Of a stretch of 32,000 nucleotides of DNA, positions 25,751-32,000 are shown in pieces; positions within the stretch are counted from its first letter, which is position 1; each line of letters begins with the position of its first letter. The notes beneath the pieces are model-generated. The model was given only the letters and a program-made list of their open reading frames with translations. It was not told the origin of the DNA and made no database searches. Position numbers and translations under genes: made by a program. The DNA is taken from positions 1,590,001 through 1,622,000 of the forward strand of contig NZ_AP014945.1 in assembly GCF_001548275.1 (NCBI RefSeq). The letters run 5' to 3'. Source of the stretch: Caldimicrobium thiodismutans (GTDB lineage Bacteria > Desulfobacterota > Thermodesulfobacteria > Thermodesulfobacteriales > Thermodesulfobacteriaceae).

Positions 25751-26327
25751 GAACTTTGATGGCTTTAAGAGCGGGGTTTTTATAAGACACTAAAGGGACA
25801 GAGCAGGCTAAACAAAGCCTCTCATCAACAGCTGAGTCTCCCACATAAAGGGTATTTGAGGGGGAGCACCTGAAGTGTTCAAGGATTGAGCTAAGAGCCC
25901 TCGGGTCATTTTTGGGAATTTCAAGGGCTGTGCGAATTAAATGAAAGTATTTTTCAAGATCAAAATGTCTTAAAAGGGGGAGGGTTGAGGTTGTGCGATT
26001 GGTGCAAAGGGCTATTTTGACCCTGCTATAAGCCCATTCTAAAAACTCAGGGAGCCCGGGTTCCATTTGCATATAAACAAAAAAATCAGAATAGGGTGTT
26101 TTTTTAGCTATTTCAAAGGCAAGATCTTTAAGATCAGGATGCCTCCGAAAAAGAAATTCTATACACTCAGGAAGCGAGTGCATGTGCACATATTCAAGCT
26201 CTTCCTCTGTCAAAGGGCTCCTACCCGTTGCCTTGAGAATGGAATTATAATACTCTTTATTAGCTAAACGGGAATCAAAAAGGACCCCATCACAATCAAA
26301 GACAAGAAGTCTAAGAGGTTTTTTCAT
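25698..26327 (-). CDS. HAD-superfamily phosphatase (phosphoglycolate phosphatase-like)
   Basis: LLVFDCDGVLFDS (motif I), CTNR (motif II region), and GDSAVDE (motif IV-like). The 3' end overlaps the convergent helicase gene by 53 nt. Confidence 0.8.
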   Translation of the reverse strand: MKKPLRLLVFDCDGVLFDSRLANKEYYNSILKATGRSPLTEEELEYVHMHSLPECIEFLFRRHPDLKDLAFEIAKKTPYSDFFVYMQMEPGLPEFLEWAYSRVKIALCTNRTTSTLPLLRHFDLEKYFHLIRTALEIPKNDPRALSSILEHFRCSPSNTLYVGDSAVDERLCLACSVPLVSYKNPALKAIKVLKNYEDLKIFLQENFSL

Positions 26328-27289
26328 TTTTTTCTTGTAAGTAAGTAATCAGATATGTATAAAAGGGCTTCTTTATATGGAGAAGGAGGAAGAAACTGGA
26401 GATAATCTTTGGCAGTGTCAATAAAGGATCTGGCTTTTTGAAAGGTAAGTTCAAACCCTCTATTTTTTTCAATAATTTCATAGGCCCTTTTAAAATCCTT
26501 AGCCTCTATATCCTTACTTTTTAAAAGCCTAAGAAGTTCCTTCTTTTCTTGAGCTGGTGCTAAATTTAGAGCGAAGATAATAGGAAGTGTTACCTTGCCC
26601 TCGGAGAAGTCCTTGCCAAGGTCTTTACCTGTTTCTGCACTAACATAATCAAGGAGATCATCAATCACCTGAAAGGCCATACCAAGGTTGTATCCGAAAT
26701 TAGCAAGCTCCTCCGCCTTTTTATCTTCAACTCCAGAAAGAAGTGCTCCAACCTTACAACTGCAAGAGATAAGGACGGCTGTTTTCCTATAAATCACTTC
26801 ATAATAGGCCTCTTCTGAGATTTCTGTGTCATCTAAATGGAGAAGCTGAAGAACTTCACCTTCACTCATAAGCAGAGTGGTTTGAGTAATTTCCTCCATT
26901 ATAGAGGGATTTTGAAGGGAGCTTGCTATTTTAAGGGCCTTGGCATAGAGATAATCTCCAACCAGGATTGTTGCCTGATTACCCCAGAGGTTTCTTGCAG
27001 CCTTTCTTCCCCTTCTAAATTCTGCAGAATCAACTACATCATCATGCAAAAGGGTGGCTACATGAAGATATTCAAAAAGAAGAGAGGTCTCATATAAACT
27101 ATTTTTTAAGTCAGGGTTTAAGGCCTTAGCAGAAAGAACACAGAGAAGAGGACGAACCCTTTTCCCACCTGCAAAAAGCACATATTCACTAACCTTATTT
27201 ATAAAGGGATGTTGGGATACCCTTAGACTTTGCAAGGTCTCCTCTATTTTTGAGATCTCATTTTTAATAAGATTCAAGGGATTTTCCAC
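26324..27289 (-). CDS. ispB: Long-chain trans-polyprenyl diphosphate synthase (octa/heptaprenyl type)
   Basis: First and second Asp-rich motifs LHDDVVD and VIDDLLD. The 321-aa length and layout fit the IspB/HepT family. Confidence 0.85.
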   Translation of the reverse strand: MENPLNLIKNEISKIEETLQSLRVSQHPFINKVSEYVLFAGGKRVRPLLCVLSAKALNPDLKNSLYETSLLFEYLHVATLLHDDVVDSAEFRRGRKAARNLWGNQATILVGDYLYAKALKIASSLQNPSIMEEITQTTLLMSEGEVLQLLHLDDTEISEEAYYEVIYRKTAVLISCSCKVGALLSGVEDKKAEELANFGYNLGMAFQVIDDLLDYVSAETGKDLGKDFSEGKVTLPIIFALNLAPAQEKKELLRLLKSKDIEAKDFKRAYEIIEKNRGFELTFQKARSFIDTAKDYLQFLPPSPYKEALLYISDYLLTRKK

Positions 27290-27479
27290 AGCAATATTAA
27301 TATAACCCGAGGCATGAGCATTTCAAGTATCTCTAAGCGTCCAGGTCTTTTGAAACAAAAATCTGCATCTTTCCCACCCCTCCTTTTTCTGTAAGGATAT
27401 GAACTTATGTAGGTATCATTAGAGGATGCTACTTACTCTTTACTTTTTTATAAAAGGGCTTATATTCACTAATTAAGCT

Positions 27480-29099
27480 ATGTTGAAAGCAGGCAAACCC
27501 AAAGTTGAACGCATAAACCTCACACAAAAACAAAATTTTCTCTTTAATTTTGATCTCAAACCAGTAGAGCTTGAAAATTACTTAGATGAGTATCTGATTG
27601 GGCAGAAAGAGGCCAAAGGGATTATTGCTACCAAGATCTGTACTCACTTTCATAAAGCCAAAAATCTCTTGCTCAAATCCCATCGTCTTGATAATGTGGG
27701 TTTTATTAAAAATAATATTATCATCATCGGGCCAACGGGAGTTGGAAAGACCTATACTCTCAAACTTATAGCTCATAAATTAGGAGTTCCCTTTGCCAAA
27801 GGGGATGCTACTAAATATAGTGAAACTGGCTATGTTGGGGGAGATGTAGAGGATCTTATCCGAGACCTTTATTATGAAGCTGATGGTGATCTGGAGAAGG
27901 CTCGTTTCGGGATTGTTTATTTAGATGAGATTGATAAGATAGCTTCTCCCGGAGATATTATTGGCCCAGATGTTTCAAGGACTGGGGTTCAGAGGGCCCT
28001 GCTTAAACTTCTTGAAGAGACTCAGGTGGAGATCAGGACACCTCAAGAGGGCCTTCAGATGCTTGAATTCCCTGAGGAGAATAGAAACAAAAAAGGGAAA
28101 ACCACTCTTAATACCAAATATATACTTTTTGTTGTCAGTGGCGCCTTTCAGGGATTAGAGGAAATTATAAAAAAGAGACTTAAAAAGCAAAGTCTTGGTT
28201 TTCTCTCGGAGATTGAAAAAAAAGAAGAACAAAAAATAAATTATCTAAAATTTGTGACCCCTGAGGATCTTGTTAATTATGGATTTGAAAGGGAGTTTGT
28301 GGGAAGATTCCCGGTTATTGCTGTATTTGATCCCCTTACTGAGGAAGAGCTCTTTGAAATTCTTGCTAATCCAAATAATGTAATAGTTTTAAACAAAAAG
28401 CGGGATTTTAAGGTCTATGGCATAGACTTAGCCTTTACGGATTCTGCTTTTAGAGAAATTGCCAAAGAGGCCCTTAAAGAAGGCACAGGTGCAAGGGCCT
28501 TAGCGAGAATTTTAGAGCGAATTCTTATTCCCTTTGAGAGAACTCTTCCTTCTTATCAGATAAATATTCTTGGTGTCACAGAGGAACTTGTTAAAGACCC
28601 GGAGGGCTATCTCAGAGCTATGCTTTCTAACCCTGAGTCCCAAAAATGGGATGAAGCTTACAGAGAAGCAATTTTTGCTGAAAGAGATAGGATCCATTTA
28701 TATCTGGAAAAGAAAAAAACTCAAAACCAGAAACTTCCTCTTGAGATAACCCCTAAGAGATTAAATCTCCTCTTTGATATTTACAAAAGTGAAGAGGTAG
28801 AGGTAACGCATGCCCTTGAAGAGCTTTCTTCAATTTACAGGCAGGTTAAGGCCTATGAGGGGAGTTTCTCTAAAAGAAATCAGATTCAGGCTATTTTTAC
28901 TGATGAGGCTATTGATTATGTGATGGAAGAGGTCTTAAAAAGGGATCAAGGGGTTTTTACCTTTTGTGAGAGGGCCCTTGCCAGACTGGAATATACCTTT
29001 TCTTTTTTAAAGGAAACCACTAAGAGGAATAGGTTTTACATTACTAAAATGGCCTTTTTAGATCAGGATAAATTTTTAGAAGAGCTTTTAAAAAGTTGA
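27480..29099 (+). CDS. ClpX/HslU-family AAA+ ATPase lacking the ClpX zinc-finger N-domain and the HslU I-domain, with a C-terminal extension
   Basis: LDEYLIGQKEAK, Walker A GPTGVGKT, pore loop TGYVGGD, Walker B IVYLDEIDK, GPDVSRTGVQRALLKLLE, ILFVVSGAF, sensor-2 region GARAL. There are about 150 extra residues after the AAA+ lid. No SD precedes the ATG. Confidence 0.8.
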   Translation: MLKAGKPKVERINLTQKQNFLFNFDLKPVELENYLDEYLIGQKEAKGIIATKICTHFHKAKNLLLKSHRLDNVGFIKNNIIIIGPTGVGKTYTLKLIAHKLGVPFAKGDATKYSETGYVGGDVEDLIRDLYYEADGDLEKARFGIVYLDEIDKIASPGDIIGPDVSRTGVQRALLKLLEETQVEIRTPQEGLQMLEFPEENRNKKGKTTLNTKYILFVVSGAFQGLEEIIKKRLKKQSLGFLSEIEKKEEQKINYLKFVTPEDLVNYGFEREFVGRFPVIAVFDPLTEEELFEILANPNNVIVLNKKRDFKVYGIDLAFTDSAFREIAKEALKEGTGARALARILERILIPFERTLPSYQINILGVTEELVKDPEGYLRAMLSNPESQKWDEAYREAIFAERDRIHLYLEKKKTQNQKLPLEITPKRLNLLFDIYKSEEVEVTHALEELSSIYRQVKAYEGSFSKRNQIQAIFTDEAIDYVMEEVLKRDQGVFTFCERALARLEYTFSFLKETTKRNRFYITKMAFLDQDKFLEELLKS

Positions 29100-29100
29100 G

Positions 29101-29460
29101 ATGATCTTAATTGCTCTTTCAGAGGCTATTTTTTCTAAGATAAAAAAGGTTCTTGAGGAGCATCAATATAAGTATGAAAGGGTTGAAAGTGGGGAGGAGC
29201 TTCTTGAAAGGGCTAAAAAGTTAAAGCCTCAGCTAATTATATTAGAAAAAGATCTCCCCCTTCTGGATGGCTTTGCAGCAACACTCCTTCTCAAAAGTCA
29301 TCCTAAGACCAAGGACATACCTGTTTTAACTATTTGTAAATGTGATTTTTCAGAGGAAAGAATCAGGGCTAAGGATAGCGGAGCTGATCTCGTTCTTCTC
29401 TATCCTATAAAAGAGGAAGAGGTTGTAGAGGCCATCTCAAAGTTAATTAAAAATAAGTGA
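29101..29460 (+). CDS. Stand-alone degenerate receiver (pseudo-receiver) domain protein
   Basis: 119 aa with CheY-like (beta-alpha)5 periodicity. The acidic pair is replaced (IALSE), the phospho-acceptor position reads IILEKDLP (Glu instead of Asp), and the conserved Lys position reads LYP. The ATG lies 1 nt after the upstream stop. Confidence 0.65.
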   Translation: MILIALSEAIFSKIKKVLEEHQYKYERVESGEELLERAKKLKPQLIILEKDLPLLDGFAATLLLKSHPKTKDIPVLTICKCDFSEERIRAKDSGADLVLLYPIKEEEVVEAISKLIKNK

Positions 29461-29472
29461 GGAGGCGATTAA

Positions 29473-30657
29473 ATGATAGGAATTTCAAAATTATATTGTG
29501 GGACAGTTGAGGCTTCAGATCCCCTGAGGTATGGTAGGCGTGCCAAGGATCTTCCCTCTCATCTTTTGCAGTTTTCTGAGGATAAAAGACCAGTTGTTGT
29601 CTGGAATGTGACACGGGCCTGTAATCTCAGGTGTATTCATTGCTATGCCTCTGCGGACAATAACCCTGCAGAAAATGAATTAACAACTGAAGAGGGCTTC
29701 AGGCTTCTTGAAGATTTAGCCCAGTTTGGGTGTCCCGTTGTCCTTTTCTCTGGAGGAGAGCCTCTGGTTAGACCTGATATCCTTGACCTTATTCACAAGG
29801 CAGTAACCCTTGGTTTAAGAGCAGTTCTCTCAACGAATGGCACCCTTATTGATTCCTCTCTTGCTAAAGAACTCAAAAAGTTTGGTCTCTCATATGTTGG
29901 AATTAGTCTTGATGGAATAGGGGAGGTCCATGATCGCTTTCGGGTTTCCCAGGGATGCTTTGAAAAGGTCGTGAAGGCTATTGAAAACTGCAAAAATGAG
30001 GGTATCAAGGTTGGTTTGAGGTTTACAATTAATAAATTTAATGCCGAGGAGATTCCCAAGGTCTTTGATTTTGTTGAAGAGATGAAGATTCCAAGAATAT
30101 GTTTTTATCATCTTGTTTATGCTGGAAGAGGGAGCCGGCTTGTTGAGCAAGATTTAACGCATGAAGAGACCAGAAAATGGGTTGATTATATTATTGATAG
30201 AACTAAAGAATTGCATGATAAGGGCCATAAGGTTGAGGTTCTCACGGTGGATAATCATACTGATGGAGCCTATCTCTATTTAAGGATGAAAGGAGAGGGA
30301 AATCCCCGGGCTGAAGAGGTCTATCAGCTTCTCCTGATGAATGGAGGTAATAATACAGGGGTAGGAATAGGTTGTGTCTCCTGGGACGGTTCAGTTCATC
30401 CTGATCAGTTCTGGAGGCATTATAGCTTTGGGAATGTCCGGGAAAGACCCTTCAGTGAAATCTGGATGGATACAAGGGATCCCCTAATGGCTAAACTTAA
30501 GGAGAAGAAAAAGCATGTTAAAGGAAGATGTGCTAAATGTAAGTTTTTGGAGATCTGCGCAGGAAATTTCAGAGTAAGAGCTGAAGCGGTTACAGGGGAT
30601 ATCTGGGCCCCAGATCCTGCTTGTTACCTCACGGATGAAGAAATTGGAATAGCTTAG
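29473..30657 (+). CDS. Radical SAM/SPASM protein, AhbC/AhbD (NirJ-like) alternative heme biosynthesis family
   Basis: CNLRCIHCY (CxxxCxxC) after an IGISKLYCG..LRYG N-terminus, plus a C-terminal Cys cluster CAKCKFLEIC typical of a SPASM/auxiliary cluster. Confidence 0.75.
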   Translation: MIGISKLYCGTVEASDPLRYGRRAKDLPSHLLQFSEDKRPVVVWNVTRACNLRCIHCYASADNNPAENELTTEEGFRLLEDLAQFGCPVVLFSGGEPLVRPDILDLIHKAVTLGLRAVLSTNGTLIDSSLAKELKKFGLSYVGISLDGIGEVHDRFRVSQGCFEKVVKAIENCKNEGIKVGLRFTINKFNAEEIPKVFDFVEEMKIPRICFYHLVYAGRGSRLVEQDLTHEETRKWVDYIIDRTKELHDKGHKVEVLTVDNHTDGAYLYLRMKGEGNPRAEEVYQLLLMNGGNNTGVGIGCVSWDGSVHPDQFWRHYSFGNVRERPFSEIWMDTRDPLMAKLKEKKKHVKGRCAKCKFLEICAGNFRVRAEAVTGDIWAPDPACYLTDEEIGIA

Positions 30658-30685
30658 ATATACATTTAATTTCAGGGGGTAGAGT

Positions 30686-31276
30686 ATGGGAAAAATTGAA
30701 AGGGCTTTGATCAGTGTAACAGATAAGAGGGGAATAGTTGAATTTGCGCGGGAGCTTTCTAATCTCGGGATTGAAATTATCTCTACAGGGGGCACTGCAA
30801 AAACTATAAAAGAAGGTGGGGTCAAGGTCACAGATATTTCAGAGCTTACAGGATTTCCAGAAATCCTGGGAGGGAGGGTCAAGACTCTGCATCCTATGGT
30901 GCATGGAGGTCTTCTCTTTAAGCGAGATGACAAAGAACATGTAGAAACTGTCCAAAGGATGGGGATTAAGCCCATTGATCTTGTGGTAGTTAACCTTTAT
31001 GCCTTTGATAAGGTAGTTTCTCAAAAGGGAGATCTGGATACTGCCATTGAAAACATTGACATTGGCGGACCAACCCTTCTCAGAGCCAGTGCTAAAAATT
31101 TCAAATATGTAACTGTAGTGATAGACCCTGCTGATTATTCTAAGGTTCTTGAGGAAATAAAAGCTTACGGAAATACCACCCTTAAGACTCGTTTTGAATT
31201 AGCTAAAAAAGTCTTCAATCTTACCAGCTCCTATGACCGAATGATCTTTGAGTATCTCTCTACCTTTGAGCTCTAA
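30686..31276 (+). CDS. purH: IMP cyclohydrolase domain protein (N-terminal MGS-like domain of PurH only)
   Basis: 196 aa. [62 protein letters not shown]. No AICAR transformylase domain follows. Confidence 0.8.
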   Translation: MGKIERALISVTDKRGIVEFARELSNLGIEIISTGGTAKTIKEGGVKVTDISELTGFPEILGGRVKTLHPMVHGGLLFKRDDKEHVETVQRMGIKPIDLVVVNLYAFDKVVSQKGDLDTAIENIDIGGPTLLRASAKNFKYVTVVIDPADYSKVLEEIKAYGNTTLKTRFELAKKVFNLTSSYDRMIFEYLSTFEL

Positions 31277-31286
31277 GATATGAATT

Positions 31287-31973
31287 ATGTTTTGCGTTGT
31301 CCTGGCTGGAGAAACCTGGGAAGAAATTTATACTCAAATTGAAGGTGCTAAAACCCTTACTCATCTTTTTGAGCTCCGTTTAGATTATCTTGAGGATTTT
31401 GCGGAAAAGGAGCTAACTAAGATTTTGGAGAGGAACTACCGGTTTATCTGCACTTTCCGATCTAAAGAAGAAGGAGGAAGGAAATCATGCTCCCCTGAGA
31501 AGAGATGGGAAATTCTTTCTAAGTCAGCCAGCTTAGGGGCTTATCTAATTGATGTGGAGTGGAAGCATCTCTATCTTGGAAAATTAAAATCATCCATCAA
31601 GAAAAGCCCCTTTTTTCCAGAAAAGATACTTTTTTCCTATCACAATTTCCAGGAAACTCCTCCTTTAAAAAGCTTGAAAGATTTGCTAAGGAGAGCCTCC
31701 TTAGAAGGAGCAAGGTGGTTTAAGATTACAACGCTTGTTAAATCCTTTTCTGAGTCACTTAATCTTTTAAGCTTAATTCCCTATGGGAAGGAGTTGGGTA
31801 TAGAGGTTATAGCCTTTGGCATGGGTGAAAAAGGAAAACTTTCAAGGATTTTAAGCCTACTTTCTGGAGCACCTTTTACTTATGTATTTCCTCAAGGAGG
31901 CAAGGCTCTTGCCCCAGGCCAATTAGATTTAATACAGGCCAAAAGACTTTACGAGGTCTTAACCAGTGTATAA
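31287..31973 (+). CDS. aroD: 3-dehydroquinate dehydratase, type I
   Basis: 228 aa. ELRLDYL, IDVEW, SYHNFQETP, and a KIT lysine region typical of AroD. Confidence 0.8.
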   Translation: MFCVVLAGETWEEIYTQIEGAKTLTHLFELRLDYLEDFAEKELTKILERNYRFICTFRSKEEGGRKSCSPEKRWEILSKSASLGAYLIDVEWKHLYLGKLKSSIKKSPFFPEKILFSYHNFQETPPLKSLKDLLRRASLEGARWFKITTLVKSFSESLNLLSLIPYGKELGIEVIAFGMGEKGKLSRILSLLSGAPFTYVFPQGGKALAPGQLDLIQAKRLYEVLTSV

Positions 31974-32000
31974 AGTCTTTGGGGTTATTGGGGATCCAGT
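31966..32000 (+). CDS. aroE: Probable start of shikimate dehydrogenase (fragment)
   Basis: GTG at 31966 overlaps the aroD stop. Translation VYKVFGVIGDP resembles the AroE N-terminus (hFGVIGnPI). Only 11 codons are visible. Confidence 0.45.
   Translation, partial: MYKVFGVIGDP

Noticed and set aside
27290-27479. 190-nt divergent intergenic region between ispB and the ClpX/HslU-like gene, inspected for riboswitch, sRNA or cassette homology.
   Set aside because: It has no similarity to the three cassettes and no convincing conserved structure. There is only a weak TTTACT-16-TATATT promoter candidate, too uncertain to list as a feature.
30484-30975. 163-aa minus-strand ORF spanning the radical SAM/purH junction. 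Similar antisense ORFs occur at 29793-30150, 14873-15151, 15227-15771, 18245-18427, 18558-18755 and 18867-19083.
   Set aside because: All are antisense to well-supported genes, lack recognisable motifs, and cross gene boundaries.

Overview
AT-rich chromosomal window, probably from a thermophilic anaerobe. This guess rests on K/E/I/L-rich proteins and an AhbC/AhbD-type radical SAM heme gene, and the organism is not identified. Most of the window is tightly packed housekeeping. On the minus strand: cimA (partial), lysC, a J-domain protein, then an AMMECR1 / DsbC-like / nitroreductase / iron-sulfur flavoprotein / spermidine-synthase-like operon. On the plus strand: ileS-lspA-orphan-pabBC with overlapping stops and starts, an isopropylmalate/tartrate dehydrogenase-family gene, a flagellar hook module (fliK-flgD-flgE-flgE), a UvrD/AddA-like helicase, a ClpX/HslU-like ATPase with a degenerate receiver, an AhbC/D-like radical SAM gene, an IMP-cyclohydrolase-only PurH fragment, aroD and the start of aroE. 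A one-piece tmRNA (ssrA) lies on the minus strand at 16197-16553, and a HAD phosphatase and a polyprenyl synthase are also on the minus strand. Two things stand out beyond gene content. (1) A roughly 300-bp intergenic cassette occurs three times (1867-2174 +, 16609-16890 +, 23096-23392 -). Each copy has promoter-like boxes facing outward at both ends, and copies B and C form an inverted pair bracketing the hook module next to ssrA. (2) An AAA-ATPase/PD-(D/E)XK gene of unknown function (6133-7683) is flanked by structured, imperfect inverted repeats rich in hairpins, as in a mobile or selfish cassette. All calls come from reading the sequence and ORF track. No database searches were run.
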